From: Batkoa obscura
Lineage: Eukaryota
NCBI GenBank assembly: GCA_030770535.1
Contig: JASVEC010000013.1
Span: 186,001 to 250,000, forward strand
DNA: 64,000 nucleotides
Direction of reading: 5' to 3'
Shown: positions 1 to 11,716 of the stretch, in pieces
How the letters are laid out: each line of letters starts with the position of its first letter
Numbering within the stretch: position 1 is the first letter of the stretch
Notes under the pieces: generated by a model
The model's database searches: none
What the model was told of the DNA's origin: nothing
Seen by the model: only the letters and a program-made list of their open reading frames with translations
Program-made: the position numbers and the translations under genes

Positions 1-424
1 GCTAAATATAAGGCGCTTGAGCCTGAGGAACAATTACTATTCACATTGAATACAGGTATCCCTGTGAGCCCCACTTCTATTAATTTTGTTGTAAGCATCC
101 TTTAATAAAGTGTAAAATTTCCTGCACTTACCTCTCAAACCTCGATGACCACAGCAAGAGTCACCGTAACAATAAGAGGCAACAGCAGCCTCGATATCAT
201 TGATGCTCAAATCGCCATCTTTTAATGCTTCTTCTATCGCCTCTTTTGCGATTTCTAATGAAAAGCTCTAGTTAATCAGTTGGTTATTTAGTTAAAAATA
301 CCTGGATACTCCCAATCTTCACGCTTCCCAAAGCGTTCAAACCTGGCATGATTTAGCTCTTGTATATAAAGTTTATATGTTTTTACTTCGTCATACCCAC
401 TCCAATTACAAACGTACGTGTCAT
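1..424 (-). CDS. Sterol carrier protein X (SCPx)-type thiolase, 5' part (runs off window start), multi-exon
   Basis: Manual spliced translation of the minus strand from ATG at 424 gives MTRTFVIGVGMTK/FERFGKREDWEYP/EIAKEAIEEALKDGDLSINDIEAAVASYCYGDSCCGHR/...EVGLTGIPVFNVNSNCSSGSSALYLA. This matches the SCP2-thiolase N-terminus, including the catalytic Cys motif NxNCxxGS. Not in the ORF track. Confidence 0.9.
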
Positions 425-971
425 TATGAATCTTTCAGTTGTATTTTTTGATAAAAATATTAAAACTGTAGTTCATTTTTCTGACACATTTCTATTTCAA
501 ATGGCTGATGACTTCATCATGGTTGAAAATTTAAACTTCTTATTGGTCAAAAGTGGGGCTGTGACTATTATTTTTCAAATGTTGAAATAGCATGACTCTT
601 AAAGCTAGGGAGGCAAATTATTCTTGAAATACTAGTTCTTTTGGTCTTAGTTCATGACTTTATAATAGCTGAAGGGCGTCTTTTTATTTATGAATACTAA
701 ATTAAGCTTAAAAAGGGTTGTTTTGGGACAAATATACGCTTTTCAAAGTTAGAGTTTTACTTTATCAACTTCCAATTGAAAATTAGGTCCATTTTAACCT
801 TTTTTGGACCAATTTTCATTCATTGGCTCGACATGTAAAAGCTAACTATAATTGGTTTAGCCTGAGTTTTAAAAGGAATTACCTTTTAATTCACTCAATT
901 TTTAATATCATTTTAAAGAACACACTTTTTATCTACTGACATTAAACCAGACGATTTTTTAACACACAGCA

Positions 972-2259
972 ATGAGCAATAACTACTGGGAAGCCAAAGA
1001 CAATGAACTAGAGAAAGAAGAAAGCGTTAAGGAAATTGTAGATTTGAAAAATGTGGATTTAAAAGTCTCCAGAGTAGCACAGCTAGACGCTGATTTATTA
1101 GATAATGAATTGAAAGAGATTTTATCAACGAAGCTGTTTACTGCAGTTTCATTGTTTAAGGTAACCGATTAATAGAGTTTGTAAAGTTTAAAACGAATAG
1201 CTTTGTTTTTTATAGAGTGATATCAAAACTATGTATGAGCCGGAATTGGTTTTAGGGCTTCAAAGTGTTTTATTTTATTTTTCTTTCCGTGGTAAGTTTA
1301 AAGCTAGTTACGGTGCCATGTTGCAAAACCTGAGGTTTCAAAATGATTTTTCACGTAAAATTAATTTATTTGATCACATCTTTTTTATTTATTTTTGCTT
1401 CAGCTAAAAATTTTACTACCACTTCGATTTCGGACCCCACTTTATTACAAGTATCACTCTATGGCGCATTAACGATTGGTGGCCAATATCTCTGGAGTAA
1501 GTGGTTAAACTCTGGAGTAGGTGGAGGGTGGGGAGATGAAGTTAATAGTCATACTATAAAGTACAAAATTTATAAGGCTATAAGTTCCTTAGAGAAATGG
1601 GTCAAATTGATCAACTTAATTCATTTTTTACATTTTATTTATAACGGAAGGTAAGTTTTACTTTACTGTCTTGGTTTTAAAATATATTTATTTTATTTAG
1701 ATATCGAGGTATTATTGAAAGAATACTTGGTCTAAGGTTAGTACCAGCCAGAAAAGCAGGCATAAGGCAGTTAAATTTTGAGTTTTTAAATCGACAAATG
1801 GTGTGGGATGGGTTTGCAGAATTTTTGTTGTTCATAGCTCCCTTAATTAATCTACCAAAGTTGAGTAACAAGCTGAAAAAGATCTTGTTCAAGTTTGGAG
1901 GTAATGAAAAAGAAGGCATGTATTCAGTGGAAAACCAAAAGATATTAAGTGAGTTACCAACATCCACGTGTGCGTATTGCTATTATTACAAAAACTTGGA
2001 AAGTCACGATGCTAGTCAGAGCAATCATGAGGGTATGACGCAGGAGGAAATAATCATGAACAATAGTAATAGTTATCATCCAAATTTTATTGGGGCTTTG
2101 AATTGTAGATGCCAACTTGCTTATTCTTTAAATTGTGATCATCTATTGTGTTACCAATGTTTGTCAATTTTAATTTCTTCCAATGACTCAAATCCACCAT
2201 GCCCAAGGTGCCATGTGCCTATTACTAATTATGAGCGCTTTTATAGGGCATCCGATTAG
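972..2259 (+). CDS. PEX2: Peroxin-2, peroxisomal RING E3 ligase; 4 exons (about 972-1160, 1217-1354, 1404-1650, 1701-2259)
   Basis: RVAQLDADLLDNEL, ASYGAMLQNLRF, FEFLNRQMVWDGFAEFLLF and a C-terminal RING (CAYC...CDHLLCYQC...CPRC); GT-AG introns. Confidence 0.92.
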
Positions 2260-2445
2260 AGAAAAGGTTAGATGTATTTATTTTTGGAATTTTTTATATT
2301 AAAGATAGTTTATTATTTATGAAGTATTTTTAAAAATAAAAGTTATATTCTGTTAAACTTTTGACAATAAAGCATTAGTCTATTGTTTTATATTTAAAAA
2401 GTTTCTTAAAAACTTGAATGAATACATTATATACAATTTATTTAT

Positions 2446-2835
2446 TTAACAAGAGCCATAACGATGATGTTTGATAAAGATAGAACCTGGACATCCTTTC
2501 TTAGAGTCTAAATCAATTGATCCACCTTGCATTTGATCAATTACATGACCAATACAGTCTTTACCGTAATGTAAAGTAACTTGGGTGCTACCTGAAGATA
2601 ATAAAGATTTAATAGTAAAATCAGGAACATTATTAACACAACCATAAGCTCCATTAACTACAACTTTCTTAGATTCACCTTTGAAGTTAGATTCTGAGTA
2701 AAGAGTAGCGTCCATGGTTAAGCCACTGTTTGGTGGTAAGCTTACATCCCCACAGTTATCATTTTTAGCTGGACATTTTTCAGCGTTGATGGAAAGAAGG
2801 GCAGCAGCAGCGAACAAGATAGATTTGAATTGCAT
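2446..2835 (-). CDS. Small secreted 6-Cys protein, beta/gamma-crystallin-like fold (copy 1)
   Basis: Signal peptide MQFKSILFAAAALLSINA; Greek-key-like motifs ATLYSESNFKG and VTLHYGKDCIG; protein identical to copy 2. Confidence 0.8.
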   Translation of the reverse strand: MQFKSILFAAAALLSINAEKCPAKNDNCGDVSLPPNSGLTMDATLYSESNFKGESKKVVVNGAYGCVNNVPDFTIKSLLSSGSTQVTLHYGKDCIGHVIDQMQGGSIDLDSKKGCPGSIFIKHHRYGSC

Positions 2836-3718
2836 CTTTGAGTTTTTTGATATCGTTATATTTTTGAAATTGATAAATTTTGTATCGTTTATATAGTGTT
2901 TACATTAATTGAAATGGATCAATTGAAATAGTAGTCAACTTAATTGCTGAATCATGAGATAATTAAAGAAAGCTAAAATTAACTGAAGATAAAATAATTA
3001 AATCTAAAAATAAAAGCAGAAGGTTACTTTTAAATTTGAAATCAATATTACATTATATAAACTCTGCTTGGTCTCATCATAATGAAAAAAATTAATATTT
3101 TATTCTCTATAAACATTTCTATGACTTTGTCGTTACCAAATTAGTCTTATATTTCATTACAATTTTTATTTAACTTTTCAATTGTTAAAAATAAATTTTA
3201 GTTAAATCAAATGATTTCTTTATACTTAGTTTAAATAACTCAGATGCAATCATTTTAATTTAACTTTTTATATATCTAGACTTACTTATATTCCTACGAC
3301 ATGACTATTAAAACCCACTGTATAAAAACCTTTGCTTTTACTCCAACTCAAATTCAACTTATAGTAAAATATCAAATTATATGCAGCATTTAAAAGTGTT
3401 GTGTCATTGACTTAAATAAGAAATTCAAAAGAAGAAACAATGCTTAAAAGTTAAAAATAAAGTCAATTGTATTTATTTTAAAATTACTTCAATTATGTCA
3501 ATTAATATGAGATCATTTTATTTTTTTACAAATTTAAAATTCCTCTATGTTCTATTTTTAAATTTGAGATACAAAACTAATGGCAAAACATAAAATACTA
3601 AAGTGTTCTTATGACTTAATTATATTAAAACTACCAGGCTAAAATCTAAGAGCTATCACTATATAAACAAAAAACAATTACTAATATGAAATATACAAAA
3701 ATACAAAAAAACTCAAAG

Positions 3719-4108
3719 ATGCAATTCAAATCTATCTTGTTCGCTGCTGCTGCCCTTCTTTCCATCAACGCTGAAAAATGTCCAGCTAAAAATGATAACT
3801 GTGGGGATGTAAGCTTACCACCAAACAGTGGCTTAACCATGGACGCTACTCTTTACTCAGAATCTAACTTCAAAGGTGAATCTAAGAAAGTTGTAGTTAA
3901 TGGAGCTTATGGTTGTGTTAATAATGTTCCTGATTTTACTATTAAATCTTTATTATCTTCAGGTAGCACCCAAGTTACTTTACATTACGGTAAAGACTGT
4001 ATTGGTCATGTAATTGATCAAATGCAAGGTGGATCAATTGATTTAGACTCTAAGAAAGGATGTCCAGGTTCTATCTTTATCAAACATCATCGTTATGGCT
4101 CTTGTTAA
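3719..4108 (+). CDS. Small secreted 6-Cys protein, beta/gamma-crystallin-like fold (copy 2, inverted)
   Basis: Same 129 aa as copy 1; true start is likely the ATG at 3719; TATA-like tatataaa near 3660 and AATAAA after the stop. Confidence 0.8.
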   Translation: MQFKSILFAAAALLSINAEKCPAKNDNCGDVSLPPNSGLTMDATLYSESNFKGESKKVVVNGAYGCVNNVPDFTIKSLLSSGSTQVTLHYGKDCIGHVIDQMQGGSIDLDSKKGCPGSIFIKHHRYGSC

Positions 4109-5699
4109 ATAAATAAATATTATATAGTTATTAAGTTCGTTTTTTACTTAGTTTATAATTATGAAGTTAAAAATCGTAAAAATATTATACTATCTAGAAT
4201 TTAAGCTGATAAACTACTTAATGTTTGATATAAATTGTAATTGTCAATATCTTACATCTTTTCAAGTGTCAGATAAAATTTTATAAAATCAACTTAAATT
4301 ATCGAAACAATAAAATGTAGGTTTAATTTTATTTTTTATTTTGTTATTATGAGTAAAAAATACTATTAATCATATTTCAGTAAAAACATTATACTAATAG
4401 TAATGGCTCCTTTCAATTTAATTGTTACAAATATAATGATTTTCTTAAAGACAATAGCTGTCATTTTTTGTTGTTTTTAATATTTTTTATTTTCCAATAA
4501 GTGCTTCTAAATCCTTATATAGCAAGTTTTAATGGACTATAATCAAATTTATCAACTTATATCCATTCATCCTGTTCACTCAATAACCTTATTTAACTTT
4601 TAGCTCACACAGTCTCTTATTGAAATTTAAAATTCATTATTTTAAAGATTTATAATAATTCTTTCATAAGACGTTCTACAATATAATATTCAAAATCTCT
4701 ACTTCACCACTATCACTCTAGATAGTGGTCTTAGAATGAAAGGTCCTTATTAAATGCGAATGTTTTTACGTCTTTTCCATAGCCTCCAACACAGTTTCCA
4801 ATTAGTAATGGCTGGCACATTTAAATTTCCTACAGGATTATCTTACCTTGATACTTCAATAGAGTTTCTTCAAATTTACTTTTCTTTTTTCTGAAATAAA
4901 TCCACTGCCTGATCCTCTGAATCTGGTATGCTTAAAAATAAAAAAAGGATTTATAACGATACTTTTTTAATTATTAAAAAACATGTATTTATCCTCCATA
5001 TATAACTTTTTATATTTTTTAACCATCAAGAGTAAAGTAGTTTAGCTGTACTTTAATCACCATTTTCCGTTCATTTGTATATCTATTTTTTCCTAAAGAG
5101 ATTCAACCTTAAACTAGCCTGCATATATAAAGATATCTCTGATTGGGTTCCACTTTGGTTAATGCCCATAAAAAATTATATGAATCCACATCACATATTG
5201 GTAATGCTATCCAACTGACTTATTTTCACTCCATTGCTCCACCTCTTGACCCTCAGCCCATTGCCTTACATTATGAATAGCTCATCCCTAACCTTCAATC
5301 TACTTAGACGGTTCCTGCTTCTGTGGTATATTAAAAAATAGAACAGCTAAGCCAAATTCCCAAAGCTCTTATTTTTTCAACTGGTTTATGGATCTTTTAA
5401 AAGAGCTTTACAGTCCTTAAGTTTAATCCATAGACTGTCCTCTCACTTATCTTTAACCTCTTTGCTCTTATAAGCTAACGGGTTTTACTCTGGAGAGCGT
5501 ATGTATAATGGGCCTCTTCTCGGTTTGTCTCTATTCAAAACGTAAGGAACTAATGGTAGTGATTCCTACACTCTCAGAGAATATCCTCTGAATTTAGTTG
5601 TCTTCTAAACCAGTTAAGTATTTGATTTTTTATCTTCATAAATAAAGCACTAGACACATAGTTTTTAAAAGAAAAAGATACATAGTAAGATGAATAACG

Positions 5700-6030
5700 A
5701 ACATTTTATTAAACAATGAGTAAAAAACATGGATAATTTCTTTATAGAGTAGTGTACTACGATTCATTGTAAACCAGTATTTTTTTCAGTATGCCTAACG
5801 ATGTCAGTTCCTATTGGAGAAGCTATATTGTTTTGATTAGTTGGGTGAGCCTTAAGTGCAGAAATGGACAGAGTAGTAGTAATGGTTAATTCAAGGCTTA
5901 TTTTGTGAATAGTAGATATCTTTTTTTTATAAAACAGTAAATCTTATGAATGCTAAGCGTTTGTATGCTTATTTAAGGTAAAGTTAAAGTCGCTATAAAT
6001 AAAATTTCTTTAAAAGTTACAGAATATCGT
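5700..6030 (-). pseudogene. Decayed paralog of the small secreted-peptide ORF at 9722-9913
   Basis: About 330 bp of diverged similarity to 9720-10030. Minus strand reads (ATA)SLELTITTTLSISALKAHPTNQNNIASPIGTDIVRH, with ATG changed to ATA and a frameshift before WFTMNRS. Confidence 0.6.
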
Positions 6031-6237
6031 AAGGATTAACACAAATGTAGCCATTTATCATTTTGATCTTTCCTAAAATTATTTTAACCTGTTAACCATT
6101 AGAACAACAATCTAAAAATGCGATCAACCTAGATTTTAAACCCAAAAATGCAAAATTTGATTTTTGCTAAAACGTTTATAAAGTAGTATAGACTATAGAC
6201 TCACTAAATAATCTTTTCATTATATTTTAAAATTGCC

Positions 6238-6350
6238 CGGACCCTTACCCTAACTCTAATCCTGACCCAAACCATAACCCCCCTAACCTCTATAATCCTA
6301 GTCTCCTAAACCTAATCCTAACAAATTGATGCATACTTTACCCTAATCTA
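6238..6350. repeat. Degenerate interstitial telomere-like (TAACCC)n tract
   Basis: acccttaccctaactctaatcctgacccaaaccataaccccctaacc...cctaaacctaatcctaac: about 6-bp periodicity of CCTAAY. Confidence 0.65.
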
Positions 6351-6789
6351 GTTTGTTCCAAGCCTTTTATTTGAATATATGACTTCTAATTTACAATTAA
6401 TAAACATATCAGATTGGACCTGCATTTCGTATAAAAAATGATTTAATAAACAAATAATAACAAACATCATCCTGCTTGGAAACTTCTTTATATTGGAAGG
6501 TGCTTTGATTATGTGTTTTAGTTTAAATGCTAGTAGTTTTTATTTTTTGTAAGGCTTTCAATAAAATCAACGTAAAAAAAGTATGATTTATATAAAATAG
6601 AAGTCCAATTCAAATTTTTATGCTTTTATATTTATTTTGATATAATTGTAGTGATTTAGAAGCTGTCATAAAGTTCTCACTAATCTTGGAGTAACAAAAG
6701 TTTTGGGACAAATATCACTTATTAACCTGGATTTTCAATTAATATCAAAGTAAAAAAATGTGAAATTAAATAAGTTAGGATTTTATTTA

Positions 6790-8800
6790 CTATGTTTAAA
6801 GGCAAAGATATTTATGGGTTTTCCAGGTGAACTAACAATAAACAATTTCGATCCAATGTCGTCTTCACTCTTTAATTTAAAGCTAAAATTTTTAATTAAT
6901 GGGACAGCTAAATAAAGTTCCATCCAAGCTAAACTAACAAATGAATCAAAAATAAATAACATTATAATATTTTTTTATATTACTTTCTACCTATACATGC
7001 TCTCAGGCTCATAGAGAAGGGTAAAAAATCATCATTGAATTTAAAATTTCCAATCTCGCCAATCCGTCGCTTAGAGACAAATAAATCTGGGTCATCCCAA
7101 TTATTAGTAGAGTTATAAAATCCGTTTGTATTTAGTGAGATTGCAGTCTATATTAAAATAATTTAATATAGTAAAGTTAAAGTTAATTAGGTTAAATTCT
7201 CAGGGGGGAAATAATCATAAATCATTTTTCTGCCCTCTGGAACATTTTTTATTATATTACCTGCAACAACTGGAAAGATCTGTAAACTTTCAGAAATTAT
7301 TACTGAAGGTAAACATTTTTTTACATTTGGCTGTTTTTTTTGATTTCATCACTTTTTCAATTTTTCAAGCACTGTTTGAGTGGAAAAATTGTTAGCAAAG
7401 TTCTTAAACAAAAAAATACATCCCCATTTATTAAAAGCTATCTCTTCGTTTTTAGAAAGTCGAGTATTAGCTCGTTTTTAAGTCTACTGTAAACTTTGGG
7501 GTGCTTTGATAAAAGATAGAAAGTCCTAATTTTTTATTAAGTTAAAAATAGGTTAAAGTTATAACTAAAGTATTAAATTAATGAGTTGGAGGTTGTGCCT
7601 GAACCAGCGATGCTAAAAAGTATTTAGTGTTTAGTCAATATATTACTTGTTTATTACAGCCGAATGATAAACTCTTCTACAATTTATTTTTTACTGAGTG
7701 TTTTCCCGGTATTTGGGTCAGAAGCATTTATTAAAGCACTTAAGATTATAACTCTATCCGAGTGACTCTTTGTGTTTTTAACAGCTTCCTATGAGAACTA
7801 AAACAATTTAAGTAATTCTATTAATAGATTAATAATGTATATTACTTTATAAAGTTGGGTCACACTTTCAAACTTTAAATATTTTGAAAATGGAAAGAAT
7901 CCAAACCTGAAGTCTATTAAAATTTAACTAAACCAAAATATAAAAGATAATCCTAAAATGATTATAAAAAAGAAATTTCTGATCCATCCAATGATGGGAT
8001 AATATCCATTTTTTAATATATTAAATGATTTACCATACGCTAGGTCCTCAATCACATCCTAACAATATCAAGTTAACATCCTTTAAAATAAAAATGAACT
8101 ATATATTACAAAGAAAAAGCAATTAAGTAAAAGACCAACATCAAACTCTTTTTTTTCTAAAGCCATTTCTTCTGTTTTGTTGACTAAAATATTAACATTC
8201 TCATTTACTGGATATTCAACACCAGATATAGCTTTATCTGAAAAAGTAAAGGCAATAGTTTTTTTCTAAAATTAACTCAAACAAAATTTATGAAAGTTAA
8301 AATTTCAACTAATCTTTGTTGATGTAACTCTTTGTCTCTAGATGGTTTATACGTTGTATATATAATACGTCAGAATATGTTTACTTTGTACTAAGAATTG
8401 TTTCACTAACAATTTGAAATCCTTTGGTAAATTTGCCTTTTTGAAATGTGTAAGTAGGGTTGATTTGCTTTGCAGCTTCAGTCAAAGAAAATGATACATT
8501 ATTCCAACCTAATAAAGAAAGCTACATAAAATCAAATACAAAACAATCCTGGTTTTCGCCTATTCTAACAGCTTTATCATATTTTTCATGAAGTTTAGTT
8601 ACGTATAGATGAAAAGTGCCACTGAACAGATAATAGCTAGGCAAAAATCGAAAAAATTGATTAGTCAATAGCCCAGGGATTTTTCTTAATGGACTAATAT
8701 ATATTGTATATTATCTAAAAATTGATTATTAGTTAGACCCAGAAAAAAGCAACTTTACCTTATAAATCTAATAAGAGAGAATAATAACAACTATATCATA
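6790..8800 (-). pseudogene. Cytochrome P450 pseudogene (multi-exon, MITE-interrupted)
   Basis: Colinear decayed motifs on the minus strand: IYISPLRKIPG, LHEKYDKAVRIG, I-helix FSIAGSGTTSNSL* (stop), ExxR as ESLQIFPVVAG, PERF as WDDPDLFVSKR, heme motif FLPFSMSLRACIGR, LAWMELYL. Not in the ORF track. Confidence 0.88.
7328..7426 (-). mobile_element. 100-bp MITE copy inserted in the P450 pseudogene
   Basis: Family consensus ending catcccca; flanks TT/TT. Confidence 0.85.
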
Positions 8801-8862
8801 CACGCTTGTTATCCCTATTGTTCAAAATTTATACTTTTGGTAGCTTTTTTAGATGATTTATA

Positions 8863-8962
8863 TGTGGATGTATTTTTGTGTTTAAGAATTTTATTAACAA
8901 CTTTTTCACACAAATAGCGCTTAAAGATGGAAAAAGTAATGAAACCAAAAAAAACATCATCA
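8863..8962 (+). mobile_element. 100-bp MITE copy
   Basis: TGTGGATGTATTTTTG...CAAAAAAAACATCATCA; flanks TA/TA. Confidence 0.85.
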
Positions 8963-9452
8963 TATGTCCTTAATTTTAAATTAAAAACACGTTCACTATA
9001 TTTTACAATTTTTTAGATTTTTTTCACTATGGTAGATCTTATACACGATAAGTTAAAAAAAACACTGTTAATTAAAAAGAAATATCGATATAAAAACTCA
9101 ACTTATAATATAGATTTATTGTGTCACAAAGCCGATATGTTGTTATATCGTTTTAGATTCTTGTTGTTTTTCTTAGTTTAAATAGTATAAAAAAATCGAA
9201 TTCAAATCTAAATTTAGGGCTTTCCACTACTTACAACTCCCCAGAGCTCATTTTATGTAATTAATAGTGATATGATAGCTTTACTTCTATATTCATAAAT
9301 CTGAATTGTTGATATAAGCTATAATAATAATATAAAGTAACTGAGAAGGCAAATAAGCTTCCAGTTATTTGTAATATATTTTACTCTTTAGTAATTTTTT
9401 AATAACGATCTGTACAAGTAAACAATAGAAGTTCAACATTTTAAAATATAAT

Positions 9453-9553
9453 TGGGGATGTATTTTTGTGTTTAAGAATTTTGCTAACAATCTTTCCGCT
9501 CAAATAGCGCTTAAAAGATGGAAAAAGTGATGAAACCAAAAAAAACATCCTCA
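9453..9553 (+). mobile_element. 100-bp MITE copy
   Basis: TGGGGATG...CATCCTCA; flanks AT/AT. Confidence 0.88.
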
Positions 9554-9721
9554 ATTATCCTTTGATGTGATAAATGCTTGTTTTTTAAGAAAAGAATTTA
9601 AGATAAAAATAAGTACAGTAATTAATAAAAATAAGTGAAATTTATTTTGAGTTGGTAAAAATGTACATTAGATTGAGTAATGAGTATAGTATTAAATAGC
9701 AAATACAAAGCAATTAATTTA

Positions 9722-9913
9722 TCAAAAAGTAAAAAACATGAATAATTTCTTTATAAGAAGTAGTATACTACGATTCATTGTAACCCAGTGTTTCCTTACA
9801 TTGGGCCTAGCAACTTCAGTTCCTAGTGGATGAGTTATATTATTTTGAGCATTTGAGTGAGCATTGAATGCTGAGATGAATAGTGTAGTAGTAACGATTA
9901 ATTCAAGGTTCAT
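9722..9913 (-). CDS. Putative small secreted peptide (63 aa)
   Basis: Hydrophobic N-terminus MNLELIVTTTLFISAFNA; TATA-like element upstream (about 9972-9980); decayed paralog at 5.7-6.0 kb shows codon-like divergence. Confidence 0.45.
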   Translation of the reverse strand: MNLELIVTTTLFISAFNAHSNAQNNITHPLGTEVARPNVRKHWVTMNRSILLLIKKLFMFFTF

Positions 9914-11464
9914 CTTGTGAATAGCTGATAACTTTTTTTATAAAATAGTAAAGCTGACGAACGTTAGGTGTTTATATACTTATCTAAGCCAATGTTAAAA
10001 TTACTTTAAAAGCTCTTTAAAAGTTACAGTATAAAACAAATTTAATATAAATAGTAACTATTTTTGCTTTAATTATCCCTGAAATCATTTTTACTGAATA
10101 GAAAAAACTATCTATAACTTATATAAAATTGTAAGGAAAATTAATAAAAAATTAAGGATATATGCTACAAAATATAAAATTAATTGGCATCTGTTAAATG
10201 GAATCGATTTTTGTAAAATAGCTTGATTTAGTTATCGTGAATCTGTCTGATGTATCCATTCATTATACTGTGAAGCTTTGAAAGAAATTTTTGTAGGATA
10301 AACCATTGAGTTTACCCCATACCGCAAATCTCAATTTGTTTTCTGAGAATTAAACTTGTGACTAAAATGGATATTTACTTCATGCTTTCACTATGTATTT
10401 TAAGGAGTCAGAAGCTTTTTTTTAAGAAGAGCTGAACCTTTAGGATCATTTTTTTTGTAAAAGGAGGTTGAATATACTTGAAAAATACTTAGGGTATAAA
10501 GTTTCAAAATAAGGAATAACATAGCTAGAGTATGAGCCACTTTATTAGGGTTATTCCCCTTGACTAGCAATTTTCCTTCAATACTCTCCACCACCCCTAT
10601 TATCTCTTTACTTTTTATCTATCTTGTTTTAGCTCCATAGATAAAATAGTTAGGAGGTTGGTTTAAGAATCAAAACAAGAAATTTCGGAGAATAAAATCT
10701 AAATTCAAAATTCAAAATATTGACTATTGGGAAAAATGAAAAACTTAAAAAAAAGTATGTTTGTGAAGAAAAGTATATATAATAACATTAGAACTAAAAC
10801 ATCAGCTTTTATTTGATTATTGATATAAATACAGCATTTGAGGTGTGTAGTTTAGAACATAACTTTTAAAATAAAATAGTTTAAATTTTGTTTATTTTCG
10901 AAAATTTAGTGATGGTTAATGTCACAAGGTCATTCAAGAACAGGTTGCAAGAGTTTTTAGGTTGAATTACTGGCCAGCGTTCTAGATTGATGCCGATTGA
11001 TTCTTTAGCTCAAATTAAGCAACTAATTTCGTTCACAGATTTCAGTTGGCGTATAATTTTAACTGGTAAACATCTATACAAATAGAATACTTTCACTCAA
11101 TTACCTTACTCTTTTACCCAATTCTTGAGGATAAATAATTGGCTTTCACCCTCTTTGTTCCCTTCCGTTTCACGTTATATGTAAAATGTTTGCTTTATCA
11201 TAATAAAATCACTTTTGGGTTGTTTAATATAACTTCTATAACTTAGTACTTTTTACACCAACTTGTAGTATACAATTTTAGACGTTGATCTAAAATCTTG
11301 GATAGACTTCCGCAATTGATAAAAGTGATTTTTACACAAGTATTGATTTAATTTTTTTCAATAAATTTTATTTAAGGTTTGCTCTTTTTTGAGATATATT
11401 ATTTTACTGAAAAGAGTGCTGATAAATTTATAGACTTTAAAAAAGAGAGCATCTAAGTAGTATA

Positions 11465-11565
11465 TGGGGATGTTTTTTTTTATTTGATCACTTTTCTCAT
11501 CTTTTAAGCGCTATTTGAGTGGAAAGATTGTTAGTAAAATTCTTAAACACAAAAATACATCCCCT
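11465..11565 (-). mobile_element. 100-bp MITE copy
   Basis: TGGGGATGTTTTTTTT...AATACATCCCC. Confidence 0.88.
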
Positions 11566-11716
11566 AATGGTATTTACAACTTATGAGAATAAAATAGAAA
11601 TATCATAAAAATCAAAGTCAAAAGGCACTAAACTTCAGTAATAAAAAATTACAGAGAAGCGTTAAAAAATAAGCTATACATTCTATAAAAATAAATGTTT
11701 ATTAAAATTAAGGTAT

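Noticed and set aside
4680..5620. Slightly GC-richer stretch, possibly a decayed retroelement
   Set aside because: No open frame or recognisable RT/integrase motif by eye; needs a translated search.
10930..11340. Possible decayed transposon coding remnant
   Set aside because: Only a vague motif resemblance and multiple stops; cannot be assigned.
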